Part shown: piece by piece, positions 1 through 9,719 of the stretch
Numbering within the stretch: position 1 is the first letter of the stretch
How the letters are laid out: each line of letters opens with the position of its first letter
Origin: Nitrospirota bacterium
GTDB taxonomy: Bacteria; Nitrospirota; Nitrospiria; JACQBW01
Direction of reading: 5' to 3'
Length of the DNA: 64,000 nucleotides
Assembly (NCBI GenBank): GCA_016194305.1
Contig: JACQBW010000008.1
Span: 85,684 to 149,683 of the forward strand
The notes under the pieces: generated by a model
Told to the model about the DNA's origin: nothing
Seen by the model: the letters and a program-made list of their open reading frames with translations, nothing else
Database searches by the model: none
Translations under genes and position numbers: made by a program

Positions 1-1
1 A

Positions 2-664
2 GTGATCGCGGATAGGATGGAATGGGAAAAATTTCCACTCGATGATTTCATCCGGCTCCCGATTGTGTATGCAGAGCTTTTCAATCGCATCGCCCTCTCC
101 CTCGAAAGAATGAAACGGGTTTTTGACAACAATCCTCTGACCCGGCTTCCGGGAAATACTTCTATTCAGCGGGCCATTCAGCTGGCTTTGGGTCAGGAGG
201 TGGCTGTCTGCTATCTCGATATCAATGATTTTAAACCGTACAACGATGTTTACGGATTTGCCCGGGGAGACGAAGTTATTAATATGGTCGCGCGGATTAT
301 TTCAAACGCGGTAAAACCGTATGGAGAAAAATGTTTTGCCGGTCATATCGGGGGTGATGATTTTGTTTTTATTACGCCGCTTGATGAGTCCGAAAAGATC
401 TGTCAGAAGATTATCGATCATTTCAATATGATTGTTTCGGATCTCTTTGGTGAAGAGGAGAAATCAAAAAGATTTTACATTGCCAAAAATAGAAAAGGAG
501 AGATTGAAAAGATTCCTCTCCTGGGACTTGCCATTGCTGTCATTCCGATGACCAATCCGGTTATGAATCATTACGGCAAGGTGGCAGAGTCGGCCGCGTC
601 CCTCAAAAAACTCGCAAAGCGATCCAACGGAAGCCGATATGTTGTTGAAAGGCGGTCTAGTTAG
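2..664 (+). CDS. C-terminal part of a GGDEF-domain (diguanylate cyclase-like) protein; active-site variant GGDDF
   Basis: Translation shows GGDEF-family signatures (LTRLPGN..., DINDFKPYND, HIGGDDFVF). The ORF runs off the 5' edge of the window. Confidence 0.6.
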   Translation: MIADRMEWEKFPLDDFIRLPIVYAELFNRIALSLERMKRVFDNNPLTRLPGNTSIQRAIQLALGQEVAVCYLDINDFKPYNDVYGFARGDEVINMVARIISNAVKPYGEKCFAGHIGGDDFVFITPLDESEKICQKIIDHFNMIVSDLFGEEEKSKRFYIAKNRKGEIEKIPLLGLAIAVIPMTNPVMNHYGKVAESAASLKKLAKRSNGSRYVVERRSS

Positions 665-792
665 GCAACTTTCTTTTTGCCCACCGGCAATTTTTACCCA
701 GTTACACCCGCAGGCATCCATCCTGATAGCAGATTTCTCTAAATTTAGTCCCTCATTTCGACCAATTTCACATCCTGTATAATATAACTCCC

Positions 793-810
793 TTGGCACA
801 TCAATTGCAT
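793..810 (+). promoter_or_regulatory. Sigma-54 (RpoN) -24/-12 promoter upstream of flgF
   Basis: cTTGGCACatcaaTTGCAT: GG and GC have the canonical spacing (TGGCAC-N5-TTGCA), about 175 nt upstream of the flgF ATG. Confidence 0.7.
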
Positions 811-985
811 TATCTGGGATCGTATTGCCTTATATTGTATTTTTTTAATTTAGGTTGTTCAAATAGTTCAGGGGGAAGGCCCAGGAACGAGGCAACTGGA
901 GTGTACTTAACACGTACATGAGGATTGCCGAGAGACGAGAACGCATCAGCTGGATAATTTCAACAAACTACTAAGGAATAAAATA

Positions 986-1717
986 ATGGATGCACTATAC
1001 CCCGTCCTATCAGGAGCCCTGACGCAAGAGAAGAATCTCGAGGTAATCACCAATAACCTTGCGAATCTGAATAGTAGCGGGTTTAAAAAAGACTTTCCAA
1101 TTCTTTCCGCCCTGGATCCTCTTGGATTTGATCAGCCGAATTTAAATGGCGGGAAAGATCCTCTTCCGACCTATGGATTTTTAGACGGAATCAGTACCGA
1201 TTTCTCGCCAGGCGTCATAAAACAGACAGGCGAACCGCTCGACGTGGCCATCGACGGAGAGAACTTTTTATCAGTTCAGACGCCTGCGGGGGTTCGTTAT
1301 ACCCGAAATGGGAGCCTTAGCCTTAATTCTGAAGGCCAGATCGTGACACAAAGTGGCTACCCGGTTTTAGGATCTTCCGGTCCGATTACTCTCCCCCCTG
1401 GGAGAGTGAATATCGATGACGAAGGGAGAGTCTCGGTGGAAGGGATAGAAATCGATTCCTTTCAATTGGTCCAGTTTGGCGATTTGAAAAGTCTGAAAAA
1501 GATGGAGGGCACCTTGTTTGAGGCCTTCGGCGTGACAGCGACCCCTGCGATAGAAAAGAGAGTGCAACAAGGGTTCCTGGAAGGTTCGAATGTCAATCCG
1601 GTAGAAGAGATGGTGGCGATGATTCGAATCATGAGACTCTACGAAGCCTCACAGAAGGTGATTCAAAGCACGGATGAAATGGCTTCAAAAGCATCAAACG
1701 ATCTGGGAAAAGTATAA
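986..1717 (+). CDS. flgF: Flagellar basal-body rod protein FlgF
   Basis: N-terminal rod-protein motif (ITNNLANLNSSGFKKD) and conserved C-terminal rod segment; sits directly upstream of flgG. Confidence 0.85.
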   Translation: MDALYPVLSGALTQEKNLEVITNNLANLNSSGFKKDFPILSALDPLGFDQPNLNGGKDPLPTYGFLDGISTDFSPGVIKQTGEPLDVAIDGENFLSVQTPAGVRYTRNGSLSLNSEGQIVTQSGYPVLGSSGPITLPPGRVNIDDEGRVSVEGIEIDSFQLVQFGDLKSLKKMEGTLFEAFGVTATPAIEKRVQQGFLEGSNVNPVEEMVAMIRIMRLYEASQKVIQSTDEMASKASNDLGKV

Positions 1718-1871
1718 ATAAAGGAGTTAAACAATTCTGGACGTTGAGAAAAGGCCATAGGCAAGACCGCAGAATCGAGGCGAGGGAAGCGTATGTGGTT
1801 ATACGTTGACGAGGCCGAGATTCGAGAACGATGCATAGGGTCTTTTATCAACGGACAACATAGGAGAAAAG

Positions 1872-2654
1872 ATGAATGCATTGAGTATTGCCAGCACCGG
1901 CATGTCCGCCCAACAGCTCGCTGTAGAAACGATCGCCAATAATTTGGCGAACATGTCAACAATCGGGTTTAAAAAGAGTGTTAATGAATTTCAAGATCTC
2001 ATGTACCAGACGGTCAGGGCGGCTGGCACTTCAACCGGCACAGGGACGCTTCCCGTTGGTTTGCAGATTGGAACCGGGGTGAAACCGGTATCCATTCATA
2101 AGATTTTTGCCCAGGGAGATTTCCAACATACCCAGAGTCCTCTGGATATTGCAATTCAGGGAGACGGATTCTTGCAGGTGACCCTGCCGGACGGAACAAC
2201 GGCCTATACCAGAGATGGAGCCCTCAAGACCGACTCAAACGGCAATCTGGTCACCGCGGATGGGTATCAGATTCTTCCCGCCATGACCGTTCCCAATGAT
2301 GCTCAGACTATTTCCATTTCGCCTCAGGGTGTTCTTTCTGTCGTTCGTGCAGGAAGTTCCACTCCGGTCCAGATCGGCACAATCGATCTGGCCCGATTTG
2401 CCAATCCTGCAGGATTGAATAGCCTCGGACAAAATTTGTTTAAACCGACGTTAGGCTCAGGTGATGCTCTGACCGGTGCTCCCGGTGCGACCGGATTTGG
2501 AACGCTTCTGCAAGGTTCACTCGAAAATTCCAACGTCAACATTGCGGAAGAGATGGTGAATATGATCGTGGCTCAGAGAGCTTACGAAGTGAATTCAAAA
2601 GCGATTCAGACGTCGGATGATATGTTAGGCGTAGTCAATAATCTGAAGAGATAA
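1872..2654 (+). CDS. flgG: Flagellar distal rod protein FlgG
   Basis: N-terminal ANNLANMSTIGFKKS and C-terminal AQRAYEVNSKAIQTSDDML, both typical of FlgG. Confidence 0.9.
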   Translation: MNALSIASTGMSAQQLAVETIANNLANMSTIGFKKSVNEFQDLMYQTVRAAGTSTGTGTLPVGLQIGTGVKPVSIHKIFAQGDFQHTQSPLDIAIQGDGFLQVTLPDGTTAYTRDGALKTDSNGNLVTADGYQILPAMTVPNDAQTISISPQGVLSVVRAGSSTPVQIGTIDLARFANPAGLNSLGQNLFKPTLGSGDALTGAPGATGFGTLLQGSLENSNVNIAEEMVNMIVAQRAYEVNSKAIQTSDDMLGVVNNLKR

Positions 2655-2714
2655 GAGCATTCTGTTAAGAGGTCGCATGGTTGTTTCATTAATCTGGAAA
2701 GGAAAAATGGAATA

Positions 2715-3446
2715 ATGAGGAAAGGAATAAGACTCCTGATATCACTGTTCTGCCTCGTTTCATTAGGCTATCTGGTCGGCAATGCCGCCGAAAGCTCAGA
2801 AATGGCTAATGCAAAGGAAATCAAAGAGTTGATTCAGCACTATATCGGAACTCGGCTTGCAATCTCTCCGCTTGAGATTGAGGTCCATCTGCTGGGAGAG
2901 TTGGGCGATACTCGAAAAGGAATTGCCGCGTCTCCTCATTTGGCCGTGCGGGAATCTAACGGGACCTCGCTATTAGGAAACGGAATGTTCTTACTCGTAT
3001 CGGAAGAATCTACCGAGAAGGTTCCGCCCCTCTGGGTAAACGTGAGAAGCGAATGGGTCCATCCGGCAGTTGTCGCGGCCAGATTTCTAAAGAAAAATCA
3101 GATCGTTAGCCTGGAGGACCTTACAATTCAAACAGTTCACTCTGATCAACCAGGTGATTACCTTTCACAAATAAGCGACCTGATCGGAAAAAGGGTTGTC
3201 CTGCAGGAACGGGCCGGAACCGTCATGACCCGCGATATGGTTCAGAATCCCCCTCTTTTTTATCAGGGTGAAAGGGTAACCCTTCTGGTTGAGACCGGCC
3301 ATCTAAAGATCATGGCTTCGGGAAAAGCACTGGAAGACGGGTATAAGGGAAAATCGGTTTCTGTATTAAATCTCGATTCGCACAGAACGGTTTTCGGAGA
3401 ACCGTTGGATGGAGCGACCGTTAAAGTGAGCCTCGGCCGGGACTAA
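2715..3446 (+). CDS. flgA: Flagellar P-ring assembly chaperone FlgA
   Basis: Signal peptide, SAF-like C-terminal region (GERVTLLVETGHLKIMASGKALEDGYKGKSVSVLN); position after flgG. Confidence 0.75.
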   Translation: MRKGIRLLISLFCLVSLGYLVGNAAESSEMANAKEIKELIQHYIGTRLAISPLEIEVHLLGELGDTRKGIAASPHLAVRESNGTSLLGNGMFLLVSEESTEKVPPLWVNVRSEWVHPAVVAARFLKKNQIVSLEDLTIQTVHSDQPGDYLSQISDLIGKRVVLQERAGTVMTRDMVQNPPLFYQGERVTLLVETGHLKIMASGKALEDGYKGKSVSVLNLDSHRTVFGEPLDGATVKVSLGRD

Positions 3447-3478
3447 AAAAGTTTTAAAATATTAAAAGGATTACATCG

Positions 3479-4222
3479 ATGTTACACAATAGATTTTCGT
3501 CCCTCTTACATCTTGCCCCTATCCGAATAGTCCTCTTTCTGTTGGTTCTATACGTTGCCGGATGTGCTCCATATCCCTGGTCCAATTTAAGAGGGCAAAG
3601 CCCAAGGCCCCTTCATCCGGTCGTCGAAAAAACGGCGCAAACGTCCGGAGAAAAAACAGTCCTGATCCCACAAGAGAAGACAGAGGGGTCGTTATGGAAA
3701 GCAAGCCAGTCGAAAGCCTATCTTTTTCAGGATCCTAAAGCACGTCAGATTGGCGATATTGTAAGAGTTCAAATCATTGAAAATGCAACTGGATCAAAGA
3801 ACGCGGTCACCAAGACCTTGAAAACGTCTACAGCAACGGGAAGTACCGGAGCGACTCTGGGACTCCCTGGAAATACGACAAGCAATCTCGGAGTCACCGG
3901 CTCCTATGCCGATAACTTTGATGGCGAAGGTTCGACGACACGAAATCAGGCTTTAACGGCTGTGGTACCGGCAGAGGTGACCGATGTTTTGCCGAACGGA
4001 AATTTGGTGTTATACGGCCGAAGAGAAGTCGTTATTAATAGTGAAAAAACTTTAATCTCACTGACCGGGATGATTCGTCCGGAAGATATCGGTTCCCAAA
4101 ATACCATCTTATCGACCTCCATGTCAGACGCCAAAATTGAATATACCGGACGCGGTGTCATTTCCGACAAAAACCAGCCGGGGTGGTTGGTCCGCCTGAT
4201 GAACTGGTTCTGGCCGTTTTAA
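3479..4222 (+). CDS. flgH: Flagellar L-ring lipoprotein FlgH
   Basis: Lipobox (VAGC), FlgH-like middle region and C-terminal GWLVRLMNWFWPF. Confidence 0.85.
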   Translation: MLHNRFSSLLHLAPIRIVLFLLVLYVAGCAPYPWSNLRGQSPRPLHPVVEKTAQTSGEKTVLIPQEKTEGSLWKASQSKAYLFQDPKARQIGDIVRVQIIENATGSKNAVTKTLKTSTATGSTGATLGLPGNTTSNLGVTGSYADNFDGEGSTTRNQALTAVVPAEVTDVLPNGNLVLYGRREVVINSEKTLISLTGMIRPEDIGSQNTILSTSMSDAKIEYTGRGVISDKNQPGWLVRLMNWFWPF

Positions 4223-4246
4223 TTGTTTGTAATAGGAGAATGTTGC

Positions 4247-5500
4247 ATGAAGGCATGTATCATAGTACCCCCCTCTGAATTTTTAGATGATGATAAAGTA
4301 TTTCCGGCTTTGGGGCCCTGGTATATCAAGCGATATGTCGAAGAGAACTCCATTCACCAGGTCGATGTTTTGACAAATCCTCCGTTCGCCTATTTAGAAA
4401 GATATGATGTGGTTGGATTCAGCGTGACAACGCCTCAATATAATTATGTCGACAGGATTTTGAAGGATCTTCCAACAGGGATGACCACCGTATTGGGAGG
4501 TCCACATTGTCGTACTTATACGGTTGAACCGGGGACTTTCACACATGTCATTAGAGAAGATGGATGCAAACCTTTTCTGAATATCTTAAACGGGAATGAA
4601 CCTGGTAAAGAATCGGACGACAATGACCAGCTTCCCCACAGAGACATGACCTACCATGAATATAAATATGTTTTAGATGGCCGAAAATCGACTAATGTAA
4701 TTACCAGCAGAGGGTGTCCTCTATTGTGTTCTTTTTGCGAACATGCGAGGACGCCGGGTAGATTTAAAAGCAAAAAAGCGGTTGCGAAGGAAATTCAGGA
4801 ATGCAAGGATCTGGGGTTTGAAGGAGTGATGTTTTTTGATGACCTGTTCTGTTTGAATACCCAGCGGGTACGGGATATGTGCGAGGTCATCAAGCCACTC
4901 GATATCAAATTTAGATGTTTTGCACATGCTTTAAGTTTCAACAGGAAAATGGCAGAGCTCCTGGCAGGTGCGGGATGTGTTGAAATCGGTTTTGGCGCTG
5001 AGCATGCGTCGCAAAAAATATTGGATAACGTCAATAAAAAGACCAAAGCGATCCAGAACTATCAGTTGATCGAAAGAGCACATGAGTTTGGTCTCCGAGT
5101 CAAAGCATTCCTGATGATCGGACTCCCAGGAGAAGACCATGAGACCGTTAAAGAGTTGGAACAATTTGTCTTGAACTCCAATGTTGATGACTTCGACCTC
5201 TGTGTTTACTATCCTTTTGTCGGTACCGAGATTGCTGACTATCCTGAGAAGTTTGACATACAGATCAAAGATGATCAGAGTGGGGCCTATTATAAAGGAA
5301 AGCTGGGGTCCTCTTCGGTAATCGTTCGGACAGAAGCACTATCTTCTGAAGAGATCAAATATTGGCAAAAGAGGATCTATTCTCATAATAAGAGATGGAA
5401 AGGGGGAATGAAGTCCACGCTTGGAATTAAAATTGTGGATGAACCCTCTGCCGCAGATGTTTGCAGTTCCAGTAATGTGAATGGGTTCCCAGCAATTTAG
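4247..5500 (+). CDS. Radical SAM enzyme with an N-terminal B12-binding-like domain, inserted between flgH and flgI
   Basis: CPLLCSFCEH matches the CxxxCxxC radical-SAM cluster motif. The likely start is the ATG at 4247, preceded by an AGGAG ribosome-binding site; the ORF track begins at a TTG at 4223. The ORF directly abuts the flgH stop. Confidence 0.7.
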   Translation: MKACIIVPPSEFLDDDKVFPALGPWYIKRYVEENSIHQVDVLTNPPFAYLERYDVVGFSVTTPQYNYVDRILKDLPTGMTTVLGGPHCRTYTVEPGTFTHVIREDGCKPFLNILNGNEPGKESDDNDQLPHRDMTYHEYKYVLDGRKSTNVITSRGCPLLCSFCEHARTPGRFKSKKAVAKEIQECKDLGFEGVMFFDDLFCLNTQRVRDMCEVIKPLDIKFRCFAHALSFNRKMAELLAGAGCVEIGFGAEHASQKILDNVNKKTKAIQNYQLIERAHEFGLRVKAFLMIGLPGEDHETVKELEQFVLNSNVDDFDLCVYYPFVGTEIADYPEKFDIQIKDDQSGAYYKGKLGSSSVIVRTEALSSEEIKYWQKRIYSHNKRWKGGMKSTLGIKIVDEPSAADVCSSSNVNGFPAI

Positions 5501-5509
5501 AGGAGAAAA

Positions 5510-6643
5510 ATGGAAGAATGGTTAAATAAAATTGCAATGACAGGTAACGCGGTAATGGTGGTTTGTTTGTTAATTATTTCTATGTTTGCCTTTCCATCCG
5601 AGGCGGCCCGAATCAAGGACATTACGTCTATTGAGGGGGTACGCGAGAACTCCCTAATCGGATATGGTCTGGTCATCGGCCTGAATGGAACGGGAGATAA
5701 AGCGGGAACGGTATTTACCCTTCAGTCTCTTACCAATATGTTAAATAAAATGGGGCTTCTGGTCGACCCCTCCGCAGTGAAAGTTAAGAATGTCGCTGCG
5801 GTGGTCGTTACGGCCAAACTCCCGCCGTTTAATCGCCCGGGAAGCCATATCGATGTTTCGGTTTCATCGCTGGGCGATGCGAGTTCCCTTCAGGGCGGAA
5901 CGCTTCTAATGACGCCTTTGAAGGGGCCTGATCAGGAGACCTATGCTGTAGCTCAAGGACCAGTTTCAATCGGCGGATTTATCGGAGGCAAAGATGGCGA
6001 TACGGTTCAAAAAAATCATCCGACTGCGGGACGTGTTCCGGGAGGTGCCACCGTTGAAAAGGAGGTTAAACTGGAGTTGGGTGAAAAGGATTTTCTGATG
6101 CTGATGTTGAATCAGCAAGATTTTACAACCGCGATGAAGGTATCCCAAGTGATCAACGCCGGTTTACAGGACACTTTTGCTTCGGCTGTCGATTCCGACA
6201 CGATCCAGGTCAAAGTACCCGATTCCTATAAAGGGAAGGTGGTTGAACTCCTGGCCGCGATCGAAAGTCTGGATGTTCAGGTTGATGTGACAGCTAAAGT
6301 GGTTGTGAACGAAAGAACGGGGACCATTGTCATGGGAGATCAGGTTCGTATTTCGGATATTGGCATTTCCCATGGAAACCTGATCATTCGGGTTAAAACG
6401 GAGCTTCAAGTCTCGCAACCCTCACCTCTTGGTCCATCCAGTTCAAAGACGGTTGTGGTTCCAAAACAGAAGACCACTGTTACTGAAGAAGAAGCGAGAA
6501 TAACCGTGGTGAAAGGGGGAGCAACCATCGGCGAAGTGGTCAATGCGCTGAATGCAATCGGCGTGACTCCGAGGGATCTGATCGCCATTTTACAGGCCAT
6601 GAAGGCAGCAGGAGCCCTGCAGGCTGAATTGGAGATCTTGTAA
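5510..6643 (+). CDS. flgI: Flagellar P-ring protein FlgI
   Basis: Signal peptide plus conserved FlgI blocks (GYGLVIGLNGTGD, TPLKGPD, VVNALNAIGVTPRDLIAILQA). Confidence 0.9.
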   Translation: MEEWLNKIAMTGNAVMVVCLLIISMFAFPSEAARIKDITSIEGVRENSLIGYGLVIGLNGTGDKAGTVFTLQSLTNMLNKMGLLVDPSAVKVKNVAAVVVTAKLPPFNRPGSHIDVSVSSLGDASSLQGGTLLMTPLKGPDQETYAVAQGPVSIGGFIGGKDGDTVQKNHPTAGRVPGGATVEKEVKLELGEKDFLMLMLNQQDFTTAMKVSQVINAGLQDTFASAVDSDTIQVKVPDSYKGKVVELLAAIESLDVQVDVTAKVVVNERTGTIVMGDQVRISDIGISHGNLIIRVKTELQVSQPSPLGPSSSKTVVVPKQKTTVTEEEARITVVKGGATIGEVVNALNAIGVTPRDLIAILQAMKAAGALQAELEIL

Positions 6644-6936
6644 TGGATTTCATTGACGCTGTCTCCCATTCAACCGCTCAACCCGTTAGTCCTTCAACGA
6701 GTTCCAGAGAAGACAAAAAGGTTACCGAAGCTTCTCAAGGTTTCGAGGCCTATTTTATACAGCAGATGTTACAGGAGATGAGAAAAACGATACCGAAAAC
6801 AGAAAGACCGGGTTTTGGGAGTGCCATTTATGAGTCCATGATGGACCAGGCGCTGGCTCAAAATATGTCAGAGCATTCCGGAATAGGTTTAGCGAAGCAA
6901 ATTCGTGAGACGTTAGAAGCGAGAAACAAGAAGTAA
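6643..6936 (+). CDS. flgJ: FlgJ-like rod-binding protein (N-terminal rod-binding domain only; no muramidase domain)
   Basis: QGFEAYFIQQMLQEMRKT matches the FlgJ rod-binding domain. The product is 97 aa and overlaps the flgI stop (ATGA). Confidence 0.7.
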   Translation: MDFIDAVSHSTAQPVSPSTSSREDKKVTEASQGFEAYFIQQMLQEMRKTIPKTERPGFGSAIYESMMDQALAQNMSEHSGIGLAKQIRETLEARNKK

Positions 6937-6952
6937 GGGATAGATCTCCCCC

Positions 6953-6980
6953 TAAAGTTTTTTGTCAGATCGGCCGATAA
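6953..6980 (+). promoter_or_regulatory. Sigma-28 (FliA) promoter upstream of flgM
   Basis: TAAAgttt, then GCCGATAA after a 16-nt gap, about 75 nt upstream of flgM. This is a near-perfect class-III consensus. Confidence 0.7.
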
Positions 6981-7056
6981 GTTATTGAATAGGATATCCG
7001 AAGGTTCTGAATAACAGAACTTATTGATTTTAAATGAATTTAGGAGAATTTGACCA

Positions 7057-7389
7057 ATGAGAATCTCTGATAATCACCCCAACTCCATGCTGGAAAAATA
7101 TCTCCTGGGTGCCGAATCTCCCAAAAAACCGAAAGGGGTCCAAGAGAGTTCATCTGAACTTGGGAGCTTTTCTGTGGCAGATTCGGTTGTATCAGATTCG
7201 GTTCAGATTTCGCCTGAGGGCCAGGAGATTGTAAGACTTCATCAGAATGTTGCTTTAGCCCCCGATCTTTCTGCGGTCAAAGCGTCTGAAATTCAGAAGC
7301 AGATATCCGACGGTACTTATTCCATTGACCCCAAACAAGTGGCAAAAAGCCTGGTTAAAGAGACGATTCTCAATCATCTATTATCGTAA
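7057..7389 (+). CDS. flgM: Anti-sigma-28 factor FlgM
   Basis: 110 aa with a C-terminal FlgM signature (IQKQISDGTYSIDPKQVAKSLV). Confidence 0.8.
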   Translation: MRISDNHPNSMLEKYLLGAESPKKPKGVQESSSELGSFSVADSVVSDSVQISPEGQEIVRLHQNVALAPDLSAVKASEIQKQISDGTYSIDPKQVAKSLVKETILNHLLS

Positions 7390-7413
7390 TTTGAATTCAT
7401 AAAGGAAAAACAG

Positions 7414-7926
7414 ATGTCTCCTTCTTCGCTCGACGTTCTTCTCATCAAATTTTATTCCACCCTCGGTGAGATGACGAAAGGTTACCAGCAATTCATGTCC
7501 ATTTTGCAAAAAGAAAAAAGCCTGATTATCGAAGGCAACAGCGAGGAGCTGATTACCTGCCTCCTACAGAAAGAAGGGGTAATCTCTTACTTAAATGGAT
7601 TGGAATCGAAACGGGAAGCAGAGATTGAAGAGATCGGGCGTGCGCTGGGATTGACTTCTCGTCCGCTGACTTTTGTCATGCTGATCGATGCGGTGAAGGA
7701 ACCCTTCAAAAGCAAATTTATTTCTTGTAAGGCAGGCCTGGAAGCATTGACTGCAAGTATGATTGAAGTCAATCAGATCAACGGACTTCTGGTTGAACGG
7801 ACACTTCGAAAGATTACTGATCTGATCGGCTTAATAAATCAGATTTCGGCGGTTCCGATCACTTATTCCTCAAATGGCGTCGCCAATGCTTTTCCTGCGA
7901 AAGGGAGAAGTCTCGCGAGAACGTAG
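7414..7926 (+). CDS. flgN: Flagellar export chaperone FlgN-like
   Basis: 170-aa helical protein lying between flgM and flgK. Confidence 0.55.
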   Translation: MSPSSLDVLLIKFYSTLGEMTKGYQQFMSILQKEKSLIIEGNSEELITCLLQKEGVISYLNGLESKREAEIEEIGRALGLTSRPLTFVMLIDAVKEPFKSKFISCKAGLEALTASMIEVNQINGLLVERTLRKITDLIGLINQISAVPITYSSNGVANAFPAKGRSLART

Positions 7927-8013
7927 TTTAGAAAAGGGTAAAAACCTGTTAAATCGTGGAATGGTTAAGTTGTTGAATTAGAAAAAAGAGTGGGCACTTC
8001 GATTTAACATTTC

Positions 8014-8028
8014 AACTGTTTAACAGTT
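8014..8028 (+). promoter_or_regulatory. Perfect palindrome AACTGTT-t-AACAGTT followed by a TTCAACAA motif, upstream of flgK
   Basis: 15-bp odd palindrome 33-47 nt upstream of the flgK ATG. A related inverted repeat occurs at 19053-19075. Confidence 0.4.
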
Positions 8029-8060
8029 CAACAAAGCAACACAGGTATTGGAAAGGAACA

Positions 8061-9710
8061 ATGTCCAGCATTTCGAATATTTTCAACATAGGCGTCTCGG
8101 CACTGCTGGCGAATCAGAATGCGTTGGCGATTACCTCCAATAATATTGCTAACGTCAATACGCCGGGATATTCCAAAGAAACCGCATTTTTTAATGAGAC
8201 GACCCCAGTCAACGGTAATCCTGGTCAAATAGGAACGGGCGTTCAAATTGCCCAGATACAGAGAATGGTTAATCAGTTTCTCAATAATCAGGTGACGCAG
8301 GAGCAATCGAGTCTAGGTCAATACGACATTATGCAGAGCACTCTTTCGAACGTTCAGAGTTTTTTCAGCGACAGTCAGGGAACGGGTATTAATCAAGCCC
8401 TATCCGATTTCTTCAATGCTTTTCAGGATGTATCAAACAATCCCCAATCCCTCCCGGCGCGTCAGGCACTGATTCAAAAGGGAAATATACTTTCACAGAT
8501 TTTCAGTAACACCAGTGCCAACTTGACGCAGATTGAGAATAATCTGAATAGCCAGATCAGCGGAGCGATCAACGATGCAAATGCTTTGGCGGGAGAAATC
8601 GCCGGATTAAATGGTCAAATTGCCCGTGCTCAACTTTCAGGGCAATCTCCCAATGCACTGCTTGACCAGAGAGATCAGTATCTCAATCAGTTGGCTTCCA
8701 AGTTAAATATTAGTACCTTTGTTGATGCCTCTGGCCAGGTCACGGTCATGGTGGGAGGAGGGAATCCGCTTGTAGAAGGAAATACTGCCCACTCTTTAAC
8801 GGGAGTAGCCAATCCGGACAATTCCGGATATTTCGATGTGGCCTATGCGCCGGCGAATGGGACTCCGATTACATTGAACGGATCGATTACCGGCGGCAAT
8901 ATCAAAGGACTTCTTGATTTAAGAGACACGACGGTGTCGGGAGACCTTACCCAGTTAGATATTCTAGCGGCTGGAATTATTAATGAAGTCAATCAACAGC
9001 ACCAGGCGGGCTACGGGCTGGACGGAACCACCGGAAATCTCTTCTTTTCTCCCCTTTTGCCCAATGCGACCGCTTTGAGTACGAATGCCGGAACAGCAGT
9101 TGTGACTGCATCGGTTGTGACCCCGGCATCGTTGACTTTTAATCCCTATCAGCTCACTTTCTCCGGCGGGAATTATACTTTGACCAATACGGTGAGTGGA
9201 GCCTCCACATCGGCCGCTTACGGAGGCGCGACAACCGTCACTTTCGAGGGATTTCAGATCGCCATCGGTGCGGGAGCGGCAAATGGAGATATTTTCAATC
9301 TCAGTGAAACCCAGGGGGTCTCGGTGAGCATGACGGTTTCACTGACCGATCCCAATAAGGTTGCCGCGGCATCCGCTCTGGCTGGACTTCCCGGAGATAA
9401 CGGGAATGCGCTTTTTCTCTCCGGAATATCCGGAAAGGCGATTACGGCGTTTGCCGGCGAGACGGTTCAAGGATATTATAGTAATCTAACGGGAACCATC
9501 GGATTGCAGGCACAATCCGCGCAGAGGAATTTTTCTGCGGAAAAGATTTTGAAAGGCCAATTGTTTAGCCAACAGCAAGAGGTTTCGGGCGTTTCACTCG
9601 ACGAAGAGATGTCGAATCTGATCAATTTTCAAAATGCCTATGCAGCCTCTGCCAAACTGATTACGATGGCCGACGAAATTTTTCAAACCTTGATTGCTAT
9701 GAAACATTAA
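8061..9710 (+). CDS. flgK: Flagellar hook-associated protein 1 FlgK
   Basis: N-terminal rod/hook family motif (ITSNNIANVNTPGYS) and C-terminal FlgK block. Confidence 0.9.
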   Translation: MSSISNIFNIGVSALLANQNALAITSNNIANVNTPGYSKETAFFNETTPVNGNPGQIGTGVQIAQIQRMVNQFLNNQVTQEQSSLGQYDIMQSTLSNVQSFFSDSQGTGINQALSDFFNAFQDVSNNPQSLPARQALIQKGNILSQIFSNTSANLTQIENNLNSQISGAINDANALAGEIAGLNGQIARAQLSGQSPNALLDQRDQYLNQLASKLNISTFVDASGQVTVMVGGGNPLVEGNTAHSLTGVANPDNSGYFDVAYAPANGTPITLNGSITGGNIKGLLDLRDTTVSGDLTQLDILAAGIINEVNQQHQAGYGLDGTTGNLFFSPLLPNATALSTNAGTAVVTASVVTPASLTFNPYQLTFSGGNYTLTNTVSGASTSAAYGGATTVTFEGFQIAIGAGAANGDIFNLSETQGVSVSMTVSLTDPNKVAAASALAGLPGDNGNALFLSGISGKAITAFAGETVQGYYSNLTGTIGLQAQSAQRNFSAEKILKGQLFSQQQEVSGVSLDEEMSNLINFQNAYAASAKLITMADEIFQTLIAMKH

Positions 9711-9719
9711 CGAGGGACC

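Noticed and set aside
7990-8012. TGGGCAC-like sequence upstream of flgK as a possible sigma-54 promoter
   Set aside because: No GC dinucleotide at the required -12 position (TA/TT instead), so it does not fit the -24/-12 consensus. flgK is more likely served by the palindromic/TTCAACAA element or by read-through.
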